A program made the position numbers and the translations under genes. Below are positions 1 to 9,171 of a DNA stretch of 64,000 nucleotides, piece after piece (within the stretch, counting starts at the first letter, position 1; each line of letters starts with the position of its first letter). The notes beneath the pieces are model-generated. The model searched no databases and was not told the DNA's origin. It saw only the letters and a program-made list of their open reading frames with translations. The DNA is from a virus (taxonomy: Duplodnaviria; Heunggongvirae; Uroviricota; Caudoviricetes): the IMG/VR virus record IMGVR_UViG_3300032315_000486. The stretch is one strand, 5' to 3'.

Positions 1-127
1 GAACGTCGTTATGCTCTAGGCTACAAAACTTGCCTAGAGCACTCAGAACCTATGAAACAGTTTACAGTAGCTCCTGCGTATAACAAAGGAGCATATCAAC
101 TTATTACTAGAACATCGGTGGCAGACA

Positions 128-646
128 TTGGGCGATAAACAACTTTATGAGCAGCTAGCCGGGTCTTGGGCTAGCCAGTGCGAAGACGTAATTAGGACCT
201 GGACTGGCTATCAAAACTTCTTACTTAGTAAACGTGAGTTAGATTGGTCTACCCGTAGACGTAGTAGCCGAGGTGGCGTATATAAAGAAGGTCCAGGTAT
301 TAGCATTGCTATGAGCTTAGCGTGTATGCCCCGTACTAATCCTTATAGAATGTATGAATATAAGAGTTTTGATGCTGATCCGCTAATTGGAGGGTTCTAT
401 GCAACAGAAGAAAATCTCTCGCTTGGACTGCATGTATGCCATGAAATGGCACATGCGGCTCAATTCTACTCTCACTTTAATCTAGGCATACTGTCAGATA
501 GACCACACGGAAATCTTTTTAAAGATTCTTATAGAAAACTAAGGGTGGCGGTATTAAATCGACACATTCCTGTAAATCAAAAACAATTAAAAGAACAATA
601 CGAAGAAATGTTACTCAGTTTTGTTCGCGGAGGCAATTTACGTTGA
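128..646 (+). CDS. HExxH (HEMAH) motif protein, SprT-like zinc metallopeptidase domain candidate
   Basis: 172-aa ORF; motif LHVCHEMAHAAQF followed by HG..F resembles SprT/WLM zincin core. Confidence 0.4.
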   Translation: MGDKQLYEQLAGSWASQCEDVIRTWTGYQNFLLSKRELDWSTRRRSSRGGVYKEGPGISIAMSLACMPRTNPYRMYEYKSFDADPLIGGFYATEENLSLGLHVCHEMAHAAQFYSHFNLGILSDRPHGNLFKDSYRKLRVAVLNRHIPVNQKQLKEQYEEMLLSFVRGGNLR

Positions 647-855
647 ATGCAATAGGCTTTTTAGGTGCTGCTCTAGTGGTGTTAGGTATTTTGGGATATG
701 TGGGCGTTTTAGTATCCCTATTGGGCGGACTTATAGTTGCAATATCAACATATTCAATGTATAAATTCCATCAAGATATTTCAATATTAGCTTTCTCAAT
801 TAGTTATCAGACTGCTATGATGATGGAAGACGAGGAAGAACACGAGGAAGAATAA
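643..855 (+). CDS. small membrane protein with acidic C-tail
   Basis: 70 aa, two hydrophobic helices, EDEEEHEEE tail; ATGA overlap with upstream and downstream genes. Confidence 0.4.
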   Translation: MNAIGFLGAALVVLGILGYVGVLVSLLGGLIVAISTYSMYKFHQDISILAFSISYQTAMMMEDEEEHEEE

Positions 856-2558
856 TGGATTATCAGTCTTTAAAGAAAATCGTATTATATCACGACAAAC
901 TATATTACGATCTTGGCAAGCCTGTATTAGAAGATTCAGAATATGATGGTTTGTTTGACCAATTGGTTGAAATAGAGAAGCTACAGAATTGGAAAGATTC
1001 TGATAGTCCAACTGTGCGTATCACAGCGTCGACAGGTAAAGTAAAGCATCCTCACCGTCTGTACTCACTCAAAAAAGTGTATGAGCGTACAGATGTAGAT
1101 GCTGCTTTCTCCATTGAGCTACCCAAACTAGACGGTGTTAATCTTAGCATTACTTATGTTAAAGGTAATCTTAATACGATGCTTACTCGTGGCGATGGCG
1201 AGTATGGTGAAAGTGTTATGCACTTGAGCCGTGTGATTAAGGGTGTTCCTATTTCAGTTAACGATGACTTCACATATGTTGGAGAAGCGGTTACAGACAA
1301 TCACGATGTAGAGAACTTCCGCAACTATGTTGCGGGAGCTCTTGGTCTTAAGAGTGCTAAAGAGGCTGAAAGTAGAAACTTACGGTTTATTGTTCATGAC
1401 ATTCTTGGGTGTGAACTATCTTACCTAGGTAGAATGGCCCTAGCCCGCGCTAACGGCTTTGACACTGTAGATGTTGGCGACTATTCTGCTTACCCACAGG
1501 ACGGAATTGTATTCCGCACTGATTCTTATGATGCTGAGCAAGAACTAGGTTATACTGCAAAGTACCCTAGATTTGCTGTAGCTCTAAAAAAGAAAGAACA
1601 TTTCAGTGCCGTTACTTATCTTAAAGATATTCAATGGGCTGTAGGCCGTAGCGGTGTAGTAACTCCTGTAGGTATTGTCGAACCTGTCGTTCTAGATAGC
1701 GCCACAGTTAGTCGCGTAATTCTTCACAATATTGATTTTGTAGAACAAAATGGTTTGCGCCGTGGCGATATGGTTCTTATTGAACGCCGTATCACTCCTC
1801 AGTTCGTAAAAGTAGTTGAGCATTCAAACTATGAACTGTTTACTATTGCAGATGCTAAAGCATCACTAAATATGGATGTATACCGTAAAGGCCCAAAACT
1901 ATACGTAGACGAAGACAATGGTTATCGTCTAGTAGAATACTTTGTAAAGACTCTAGGCATAAAAGGTTTGGGTGAGGCTAGTATTAAGAAACTAGACATT
2001 CAGCACCCCAGTGAGTTGTTTGGTCGTTCTGATTGGGATATTCTAGGTAAGAACGGACAAAAGATTCAAGAAGAGCTAAACCGCCCAAAGGATTACGCTA
2101 GCGTACTAGGTTCTCTAGGTATTCCTAATGTCGGCAAAAATACGGCTAGGCTTATTGTAGATAACATTCCAAAATTTGAAGATCTCAGAAATATCGCTAA
2201 TATCAGTATTAAGGGTATTGGGCCAACTACAGTTGAGAGTATTCTAGCGTGGATTGATGTTAACGAAGACTGGGTACTAGAGCTGCCATACGAGCTAGAA
2301 GATACAAAAGAAAAACAAAACTCTTTTTCAGATACAAAGAAGATAGCTATCAGTGGTAAGTTAGATATGACTAAGAAGGAATTAGCATCTCATCTAGCTA
2401 GACACGGTTTTGTACTGAGTGACACAGTAACTAAAGATTGTCACGCACTTATCTCTTCTGGAGAAGAGTCTACTAAAACTAAACAAGCAGCTCGATTTGG
2501 TATTCCTGTATATAATTACTGGAATAACAGAGCCTCAATCTTAAAAGGATTAATTTAA
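855..2558 (+). CDS. ligA: NAD-dependent DNA ligase
   Basis: 567 aa; adenylation motif KLDGVNL (KxDG), OB/HhH-like and C-terminal BRCT-like region (GKLDMTKKEL...GIPV) typical of LigA. Confidence 0.88.
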   Translation: MDYQSLKKIVLYHDKLYYDLGKPVLEDSEYDGLFDQLVEIEKLQNWKDSDSPTVRITASTGKVKHPHRLYSLKKVYERTDVDAAFSIELPKLDGVNLSITYVKGNLNTMLTRGDGEYGESVMHLSRVIKGVPISVNDDFTYVGEAVTDNHDVENFRNYVAGALGLKSAKEAESRNLRFIVHDILGCELSYLGRMALARANGFDTVDVGDYSAYPQDGIVFRTDSYDAEQELGYTAKYPRFAVALKKKEHFSAVTYLKDIQWAVGRSGVVTPVGIVEPVVLDSATVSRVILHNIDFVEQNGLRRGDMVLIERRITPQFVKVVEHSNYELFTIADAKASLNMDVYRKGPKLYVDEDNGYRLVEYFVKTLGIKGLGEASIKKLDIQHPSELFGRSDWDILGKNGQKIQEELNRPKDYASVLGSLGIPNVGKNTARLIVDNIPKFEDLRNIANISIKGIGPTTVESILAWIDVNEDWVLELPYELEDTKEKQNSFSDTKKIAISGKLDMTKKELASHLARHGFVLSDTVTKDCHALISSGEESTKTKQAARFGIPVYNYWNNRASILKGLI

Positions 2559-2825
2559 TTGAATACTGATAATGTGGTCTATCTCAGTGCTTTTGCTAGG
2601 CACAAGCCTGAACAAAATGTTGTAAACGATCTGTTAAGCTCTGTAGTACAAGATTACAAAGATAAACTTGCTTTTTATAACATAAACGTAGAAGACCCTA
2701 CTATTGCTTTTGATGTGGCTACTATTCAGTATTTACTTCACGGTATGGCTCATCGTAGCCAAGGAGAGACGCATCCTAGTCAAACTATCTTGAATACTCT
2801 AAGAGGTAATATGCTAGGATTCTAA
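2559..2825 (+). CDS. hypothetical protein
   Basis: 88-aa ORF directly abutting ligA stop. Confidence 0.35.
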   Translation: MNTDNVVYLSAFARHKPEQNVVNDLLSSVVQDYKDKLAFYNINVEDPTIAFDVATIQYLLHGMAHRSQGETHPSQTILNTLRGNMLGF

Positions 2826-2984
2826 CTCTCCAAAGGAGAGCTTAAATGGATTCATTAGATCTACTTTATACTTCTACTGCTATGCAGGCAAAGAATAAAG
2901 GTATATTAAATTTCAAAGGAGACCGTGATAAATGGAAACAAAAAAAGAGAAATATACGAAGAACAGATCGGATGAATTTAAAAA

Positions 2985-3233
2985 ATGCAAGTAAAAATAA
3001 CGTGCCACACGTCACAACTTGAATCTTACATAGAATACTATGAAGCTTCTGGTTTCTCTCTTTTAGGAAAAAGTATAGAGGGTGAGGACGCAATCTTAAC
3101 TTTTCAAGGCCAAAGTACTGCACACGCAGCTGAGGCATCATATTGGGATTCCAGTGCTCAAGCATTTATCGAGTTTCAGGATGGAACTACTAGTCCGCTG
3201 TACGTGAGGCGTTCACGCTGGATGGAGGACTAG
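2985..3233 (+). CDS. hypothetical protein
   Basis: 82-aa ORF, no motif recognised. Confidence 0.3.
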   Translation: MQVKITCHTSQLESYIEYYEASGFSLLGKSIEGEDAILTFQGQSTAHAAEASYWDSSAQAFIEFQDGTTSPLYVRRSRWMED

Positions 3234-3280
3234 ACCATCTTTAAATAAATTTTTTGTTGCATCTGGCTCTCGAATCACGT
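3231..3280 (+). promoter_or_regulatory. sigma70-like promoter TTGCAT-N17-TAATGT with CGAATC spacer motif
   Basis: ttgttgcatctggctctcgaatcacgtaatgtatatac; same CGAATC-in-spacer architecture as promoters of the GC-rich cassette array at 59-63.5 kb. Confidence 0.45.
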
Positions 3281-3321
3281 AATGTATATACATACACAAA
3301 AACTTATGGGGTTTTAAAACA

Positions 3322-3642
3322 GTGTCAGAAACTCAACAAAACTACACAACTGAACAAACAAAGCAACTACTATCTCTCTATGAAGAGCTCGGAACAGACG
3401 GCATTGACGATATTGCAGAGCTTATGAAAAAGCCTGTAAGATCAATTAGATCTAAACTAGTTAAAGAGGGCGTATATGTACCCTCTCAAAAACAAGATAA
3501 CAAGAAAAATGGCCCTAGTAAGAAAGAACTTCTTAACACGCTAGAAAGCCTGGTAGGTTTTGACACTACTGGATTTAGTGGCTCAACCAAACAAGTATTG
3601 GCTGATTTAATTGTATATCTAGACAAAAATCACACTAAGTAA
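3322..3642 (+). CDS. small conserved protein, paralog family A (AT-rich copy)
   Basis: 106 aa, GTG start; shares NYT.E..QML.MYAELG.DGI..IAE.LGKPVRS.RSKLV.EGVYV...KKELLN.LESLVGFD with ORFs 60647-60973(-) and 63661->64000(-). Confidence 0.55.
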   Translation: MSETQQNYTTEQTKQLLSLYEELGTDGIDDIAELMKKPVRSIRSKLVKEGVYVPSQKQDNKKNGPSKKELLNTLESLVGFDTTGFSGSTKQVLADLIVYLDKNHTK

Positions 3643-3720
3643 TTAGAGTGACAGGTTAGGCTCTTAGTAAGAAGAATATCATATTAGTCTGCAATGTCAG
3701 AAGACTGTGATGAGCCATTA

Positions 3721-3748
3721 AGAAGAGCGGCGGCGGGGCTGCTTCTTA
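3721..3748 (+). repeat. GC-rich dyad aagaagagcggcggcggggctgcttctt downstream of paralog gene
   Basis: perfect 9-bp arms around GGCGGCGGGG core; resembles the GGGGCGCC core of the cassette-boundary elements at 58-63.6 kb. Confidence 0.4.
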
Positions 3749-3926
3749 AACAAATTCCCTATCAGAAGACGATAGTCTGGCGTCGGGGAGCCTGTTGTGA
3801 GTGGTACAGGTTAACAAAAAAACTCTCTGAGGGCTTGTGAATTTAACCTCAGCACACAACCAAATTTACCGATATAGAGCCGATCGTATATAAGTCCTAG
3901 TGTGCATTAGGCATGGCTTTGTTTAA

Positions 3927-3968
3927 GGCGTGTGGTAGTTAAGTGTCACACGCCTTAAATTTTATCTT
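3927..3968 (+). terminator. rho-independent terminator
   Basis: ggcgtgtg-N12-cacacgcc hairpin followed by ttaaattttatctt. Confidence 0.55.
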
Positions 3969-4007
3969 GCGTCTAAGTTATTTTTATCGTATATTATATT
4001 TATTGAA

Positions 4008-4265
4008 ATGATGGAGATAAATATGTACACAGTTCGCAAACTATTCACTGACGTATATGAAGTAGCTAACTTCGGTGATCGTAAAGATGCAGATGCAGTA
4101 TACACGGTTCGCAAAGCTAAGTGCAGCTGTCCCGCTGCTTGGGGTAAGCGATCATGCAAGCACGTAGGTCTAGTAAATCGTTTTAAAACTCTACGAGAAG
4201 GTGCTTGGTGGTTTGAGATCGTTGACAACGAAGTCATCTCCCACCGGCTACAAGCTTTCGAATGA
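4008..4265 (+). CDS. SWIM-type zinc-finger protein
   Basis: CSCPAAWGKRSCKHV fits CxCxnCxH SWIM signature. Confidence 0.5.
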   Translation: MMEINMYTVRKLFTDVYEVANFGDRKDADAVYTVRKAKCSCPAAWGKRSCKHVGLVNRFKTLREGAWWFEIVDNEVISHRLQAFE

Positions 4266-4315
4266 AATTCGATATTGACTGTAGGTTAAAAATAACTTAT
4301 AGTTAATATAACAAA

Positions 4316-4392
<77 letters not shown>

Positions 4393-4708
4393 ATATATTA
4401 CACGAGGTCTCAGTGACAGAAGAAAAACAAAAGAAGAAGTGGCCTAAAGATTATTATGCTACTGCTTATGAATGCTCCTTGGAGCATCTAAAACACACTA
4501 CTCCAAGTAGAGCACGTAAAGCTGGTATTTTAGGCTGGCGTAATTGGGATGATAAAGCCAACGTACTAGACGCAGTGAAACCTCAGGCTTAGTATGAGGC
4601 TAGATAGCTAGTAGACCTACCCTGAGGGTGTAGACGGGCAATCAAATAAAAATAGTTGTTGACACTCAGTTAACAGCATGCTATATTACTTGTAACAATA
4701 CAGAATAT

Positions 4709-4785
4709 ACTCCGGTAGCTCAATTGGTCAGAGCTGAGTGCTCATAACGCTTAGGTTGGGGGTTCGAGTCCCTCTCGGAGTACCA
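4709..4785 (+). tRNA. tRNA-Met/Ile2 (anticodon CAT), copy 1
   Basis: acceptor actccgg/tcggagt, anticodon loop ctcataa, T-arm gggggttcgagtccctc, CCA. Confidence 0.75.
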
Positions 4786-4801
4786 AAATTATAAACAATA
4801 T

Positions 4802-4878
4802 CCGAGTGTAGCGCAGTCTGGTAGCGCAATTGCTTTGGGAGCAATGGGTCGATGGTTCAAATCCTTCCACTCGGACCA
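4802..4878 (+). tRNA. tRNA-Pro (anticodon TGG)
   Basis: acceptor ccgagtg/cactcgg, anticodon stem attgc/gcaat loop tttggga, T-loop ttcaaat, CCA. Confidence 0.75.
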
Positions 4879-5058
4879 AGTTTTTCATCCCGGAACTGCG
4901 GGTGATAGAATATAGTTTTTGAAGCACTATAACTATATTTGACTATGAATTAACATAGTATTGTAAGTGCTGCAACGGGTATGCTGTCCGTCGGCATACA
5001 CAGAGATAATACTGAGTGCTATGCAGAGGTATAGGGCGGACCAAATAAAAACAATACT

Positions 5059-5141
5059 GCCCCCTTGGTGAAATGGTAGCCGCGCGAGACTTAAAATTTC
5101 GTTCCTACGGAGTGCCGGTTCGAGTCCGGCAGGGGGCACCA
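5059..5141 (+). tRNA. tRNA-Leu (anticodon TAA), type II
   Basis: acceptor gccccct/agggggc, anticodon loop cttaaaa, long variable arm, T-arm ccggttcgagtccgg, CCA. Confidence 0.75.
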
Positions 5142-5159
5142 ACCTAATAGGGTAATCGA

Positions 5160-5366
5160 ATGTCCACCACAGATAAAACTAAATATGTAAGCGGAGGAAC
5201 AGGATTTCTTGGTTTACTAACTATACTATTCATACATCATAAGCTCGTAGGTACTATTGCTTGGAGTTGGTGGTGGGTATTATCGCCTATCTGGATTCCA
5301 GTAGCTATTGCCTTAGTAGCACTCATAATTGCAGCCGCTATCGGCTTTTATTTAAGTAAACGATAA
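5160..5366 (+). CDS. small membrane protein
   Basis: 68 aa, two hydrophobic segments (WSWWWVLSPIWIPVAIALVALIIAAAIGF); sits between tRNA genes. Confidence 0.35.
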   Translation: MSTTDKTKYVSGGTGFLGLLTILFIHHKLVGTIAWSWWWVLSPIWIPVAIALVALIIAAAIGFYLSKR

Positions 5367-5450
5367 GGAAAGATCGTGAAACTGTCAAATCTGACTAACG
5401 GGTGGTTACGTAATAAACTCACGAGACGTCACGGTTAACGTCTCAACATT

Positions 5451-5526
<76 letters not shown>

Positions 5527-5825
5527 TCTATAAGTACCTGTTTGACACTTCGCCGGTCTGGCCGGAAGCAAGAGGCAGGATAAGGGTGCAAGCTCGGGGC
5601 TTACATCGCTGTCACCAGACATATACCGTCTTGTCAACGGATAATGGGCAGGTATTTTTACATGGAATACACAATCACAGATTACAACTATATAGCCAGC
5701 GCCATAGGTAATGGTATATTTAGCGGCCTAAGTCTAGAACAGATTTGGTCGTGCATTGCAATGTGTGAAACGAGAGAACAACTCGATGCTGCTATCTTAG
5801 CGGCCATCCGGTTACAAGAGTTATC

Positions 5826-5899
5826 TAGGGGTTAAGTGTTACGGTAGCACATCAGTCTCCAAAACTGAGAGCCAGGGTTCGACTCCCTGTTCCCCTGCC
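5826..5899 (+). tRNA. tRNA-Trp (anticodon CCA)
   Basis: anticodon stem tcagt/actga perfect, loop ctccaaa; T-arm cagggttcgactccctg; acceptor has two U-U mismatches. Confidence 0.6.
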
Positions 5900-5906
5900 A
5901 TATAAC

Positions 5907-5982
5907 GGGGTATTAGTGATAAAAGGTAGCACATCACACTTGCAATGTGAAAGAAACGGGGCGGTACCGTTATACTCCACCA
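5907..5982 (+). tRNA. tRNA-Ala-like (anticodon TGC) with G3:U70 but non-canonical T-loop
   Basis: acceptor ggggtat/atactcc gives G3:U70; anticodon stem tcaca/tgtga loop cttgcaa; T-stem aacgg/ccgtt but T-loop GGCGGTA; CCA encoded; only Ala decoder in the set. Confidence 0.45.
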
Positions 5983-6135
5983 AAATTCAACAATAAGGCA
6001 GATGCCGTGTGGAAAGATACGCCGTTCAGCATGTACTCGTGCAACTAGAACAACTAGCAGCACAGCTAGAGGCAGAAAATCGCCCGTCCAGGGCTTTGAG
6101 AACTGCCATAATGATAATTGCAAGGGAGATTAAGA

Positions 6136-6504
6136 ATGGTTCTTGAACATAAACACCTTATAGTACGCGCAGAAGTTAACCGCCCACCTACAAGTGAAGA
6201 GTGGGCTGTTGAGTGGGTACGAGATCTAATATCAAAAATAGGCATGAAGGCTCTAGTTGGACCTTTTGCTAAATATCTAGATGTTCCAGGAAATCGCGGA
6301 CTTACTGTGGCCTGCATCATAGAAACATCGCACATAGCGATGCACGTATGGGATGAGCCTAGTCCAGCACTCGTTCAGTTGGACGTATACACTTGTGGTT
6401 CTCTCGATATTAACATTATTTTTGATGAGTTAAAACAGTTTGAGCCTGAAAAGGTAGAATACAAATATCTTGACAGAGAGCATGGATTGAACTTTGTTCA
6501 ATAA
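6136..6504 (+). CDS. S-adenosylmethionine decarboxylase-like pyruvoyl enzyme (SpeH/AdoMetDC class I-like)
   Basis: ETSHIAMHVWDE matches the proenzyme self-cleavage/pyruvoyl signature (E-S, HxxHTWPE) of small AdoMetDC; start uncertain (ORF opens at 6118). Confidence 0.5.
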   Translation: MVLEHKHLIVRAEVNRPPTSEEWAVEWVRDLISKIGMKALVGPFAKYLDVPGNRGLTVACIIETSHIAMHVWDEPSPALVQLDVYTCGSLDINIIFDELKQFEPEKVEYKYLDREHGLNFVQ

Positions 6505-6510
6505 ATGTAT

Positions 6511-6586
6511 TGGGGGATAGTTCAGTTGGCAGAACGCGGGTTTTTGGTACCCGATGTCGGGGGTTCGAGCCCTCCTCCCCCAGCCA
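6511..6586 (+). tRNA. tRNA-Gln (anticodon TTG)
   Basis: acceptor tggggga/tccccca perfect, D gttcagttggcagaac, anticodon stem cgggt/acccg loop ttttggt, T-arm gggggttcgagccctcc, CCA. Confidence 0.8.
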
Positions 6587-6614
6587 TACAAACACTAGCA
6601 TAAGCTAATCCAAG

Positions 6615-7475
6615 GTGTTTGTAGTGAGACTATATTTGACACTAACTAAACAACACGTAGAACAAATGCTGCACGGCAATCCAGACATAGACGAGTGGTT
6701 CTCGGCTATGTCTTTATTATTTCCAAAGTATGGAATAAATGCGCCTGCACGAATAGCTGGATTTGTAGCCCAATGCGGGCACGAATCCCAAAACTTCAAA
6801 ACCTTAGAAGAAAATCTTAACTACTCAGCCGAAGGCCTAAATAAGATATTTCCTAAGTACTTCATAAAAGCTGGAAGAGACGCTCAAGCGTATCACAGAC
6901 AACCAGAAAAGATTGCAAACGTAGTGTACGCTAGCCGTATGGGTAATGGCGACACTGCAAGCGGCGAAGGCTGGAAGTTTAGAGGTCGTGGAGTTATCCA
7001 GCTAACTGGAAAAGATAATTACTCTAGATTTGCTAAGCACATAGGTAAATCACTAGACGAAACCATCGAGTATCTAAAAACAAAACAAGGCGCACTAGAA
7101 AGTGCTTGCTGGTTCTGGGAAACTAACGGGCTAAATGCAATAGCGGATAGTGGTGACATTGTTGCTATGACAAAGCGCATCAATGGTGGAACTATAGGTC
7201 TAGAGGATAGACAAAAGCACTACACACACGCACTAGCAGTTTTAGGCGGAAAAGCTCACGCAGTTAACGATCAGATAACTGATTCAGTAACTCAAACCTT
7301 GAAAAAAGGCGCCAATGGCTCTGCCGTAGCTAAAATGCAAAAAGCTTTAGGAATAAAAGCAGACGGTGACTTTGGTCCTGGCACTGAAACAGCACTTAAA
7401 AAATGGCAAACTGCTAATGGATTAACTGCTGATGGCGTAGCTGGCCCAAAAACTCTTGCTAAGTTGTTAGGATAA
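6615..7475 (+). CDS. endolysin: GH19 (chitinase-like) catalytic domain + C-terminal peptidoglycan-binding domain
   Basis: FVAQCGHESQNF...NLNYS and GRGVIQLTGKDNY typical of GH19 lysozymes; C-terminus KMQKALGIKADGDFGPGTETALKKWQTANGLTADGVAGPKT is a PG_binding_1 repeat. Confidence 0.75.
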   Translation: MFVVRLYLTLTKQHVEQMLHGNPDIDEWFSAMSLLFPKYGINAPARIAGFVAQCGHESQNFKTLEENLNYSAEGLNKIFPKYFIKAGRDAQAYHRQPEKIANVVYASRMGNGDTASGEGWKFRGRGVIQLTGKDNYSRFAKHIGKSLDETIEYLKTKQGALESACWFWETNGLNAIADSGDIVAMTKRINGGTIGLEDRQKHYTHALAVLGGKAHAVNDQITDSVTQTLKKGANGSAVAKMQKALGIKADGDFGPGTETALKKWQTANGLTADGVAGPKTLAKLLG

Positions 7476-7480
7476 CTGTA

Positions 7481-7708
7481 ATGGCCTATAAAACTTACAA
7501 AAGAGAAATCGCTGCCAGTGCATTGATCATACTGTACAGTTTTATAGGCTATACACTTTATACTCTAGCTGATTTAGGACAGACAGATGCTATGGTAGAT
7601 TTAGTTGGTATTCTGGTAATTCCTACCTTTGCTACTGTAGCTGCTGCTTTTGGCATTGACAGCTATTTTAAACAAAATAAACGAGACAAACTAGACGAAC
7701 CAAAGTAA
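7481..7708 (+). CDS. holin-like small membrane protein (2 TM)
   Basis: 75 aa, two TM helices, charged C-tail, immediately downstream of endolysin. Confidence 0.4.
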   Translation: MAYKTYKREIAASALIILYSFIGYTLYTLADLGQTDAMVDLVGILVIPTFATVAAAFGIDSYFKQNKRDKLDEPK

Positions 7709-7757
7709 TATGTTATTTGAACACTCCTGATTTATATGTTATTATTATTTATAAATC

Positions 7758-8327
7758 ATGGAGAATAGCATGGCTACTGCCCATACAGTTATCAATAACT
7801 TTACTCGCAAAGGATTCAAGATGCTTGGACACGGTTGTTATGCAGCTGTGTTTGAAAGCAACACAGATCCAAATCTGGTCTACAAAGTAGGTGCTAGGGT
7901 TACTGATCCGTTCTTGGCATACATCCAAGAACCATCGCTAATTAACAACCCTCACTTTCCTCGTATCTACGAAATCTTTACAGATGAAACTTGGTATTTG
8001 GTAAAGATGGAGAGGCTAGAGCCGACACCGTCACACAAAGTAGAAATGAGTTCAGAACTCAGTTCTGTAGTGCGCGGAGAGTCAAACACTTTACAACACC
8101 TTAAGCCTAGTCACGAGCTGTATAGTATTGCCCATCAAATTAGAGAACTATCAGAGCGTCTTGATGTAAAACTGGATTTACATCCAGGCAATATAATGAT
8201 GCGAGGCACTACTCCCGTTATTACTGATCCTCTATGCGATCACAATATTTATAGTGAATGGGCTTTGGAGAATTGGTTTGGTAAACAGAGGAACAAGGAA
8301 CAGAGAAACACGAGTTGGAGTTATTAA
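7758..8327 (+). CDS. putative protein kinase-like protein
   Basis: LGHGCYAAVFES (Gly-rich loop), VYKV (VAIK-like), LDLHPGNIMM (catalytic-loop-like). Confidence 0.4.
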   Translation: MENSMATAHTVINNFTRKGFKMLGHGCYAAVFESNTDPNLVYKVGARVTDPFLAYIQEPSLINNPHFPRIYEIFTDETWYLVKMERLEPTPSHKVEMSSELSSVVRGESNTLQHLKPSHELYSIAHQIRELSERLDVKLDLHPGNIMMRGTTPVITDPLCDHNIYSEWALENWFGKQRNKEQRNTSWSY

Positions 8328-8481
8328 AACCCCTTGCGTTTTGCTGTGCAAACTCGAAGAGGACACTTGCACAGGCTGTGGACGGTCAGTAGACCAGATA
8401 CGATATTGGAGCACTTATAGTGACGAACAACGAGAACGAATCATCAGAGAAATATTTACCGCTAAATCCGGTAACATCTAG
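8254..8481 (+). CDS. DUF1289-like Cys-rich protein
   Basis: PCVLLCKLEEDTCTGCGRSVDQIRYWSTYSDEQRERI matches C.G.C..DE..C.GCGR....I..W...S..ER pattern; start uncertain (overlaps upstream ORF). Confidence 0.4.
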   Translation: MNGLWRIGLVNRGTRNRETRVGVIKTPCVLLCKLEEDTCTGCGRSVDQIRYWSTYSDEQRERIIREIFTAKSGNI

Positions 8482-8634
8482 ATTTGTTATCAATTACAAA
8501 CGACAGTTAGTTGAGGCAATACAAATGAAAAATTCAGCGCGGGTTCGAGTAGTTCTGAGCGTGTTGGCTGCACTAAACCCCGTTGAGTATAAAGAATATC
8601 TAAATAAAAGAAAGAAGAATGTAGAGAAGTAATC

Positions 8635-9171
8635 ATGGACACTCTAGTACTAAACGCTGATGGTCTACCAGTAAGTCTTCTGCCTGTCAGTGCAGTAAGC
8701 TGGAAAGAAGCCATTCTATATATGTATCACGACAAATGTGATGTGCTAGAGTGGTATGATAATTGGGTAGTTCACAGCGCCAACTGGGAAACTCATGTTC
8801 CAGCAGTAATTATGCTTAAAAGCTACCTACGTAGAAATACAGATGTGCGTTTCAGCAAGGCAAATGTATTTCTTAGAGATAGCTATCGCTGCATGTACTG
8901 TAGTGTGGGTGTAAACAATAATACAGCTACTATGGACCACGTTCTTCCTCTTAGTAAAGGCGGTAAGACTACGTGGGAGAATATCGCTACTGCATGTTCT
9001 CCATGTAATACACGAAAAGAAGATAAGCTGCACATGAAACCACAGTATCAACCATACAAGCCAGGATACTATGAGCTTGTACGTAAACGTAAACAACTAC
9101 CATTCCAACTTCGTCATGATAGCTGGGCTAGGTGGCTAGGATTGGAGGATGAAATTGGGAAAGAGAAGTGA
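8635..9171 (+). CDS. HNH endonuclease
   Basis: CMYCSVGV...DHVLPLSKGGKTTWENIATACSPCNTRK = C..C...DH..P...GG....N....C..CN..K. Confidence 0.75.
   Translation: MDTLVLNADGLPVSLLPVSAVSWKEAILYMYHDKCDVLEWYDNWVVHSANWETHVPAVIMLKSYLRRNTDVRFSKANVFLRDSYRCMYCSVGVNNNTATMDHVLPLSKGGKTTWENIATACSPCNTRKEDKLHMKPQYQPYKPGYYELVRKRKQLPFQLRHDSWARWLGLEDEIGKEK

Noticed and set aside
4933-5142. Minus-strand ORFs overlapping tRNA genes (4933-5142, 5839-6123, 6416-6601, 11214-11549, 12535-12774, 16140-16433, 17318-17548, 18397-18588, 19981-20214, 21617-21826 and similar)
   Set aside because: Their translations contain GLEPA, GSNPRP, GFEPT-type strings. These are just reverse-complement readings of tRNA T-arms. They are artefacts of six-frame translation over tRNA genes.
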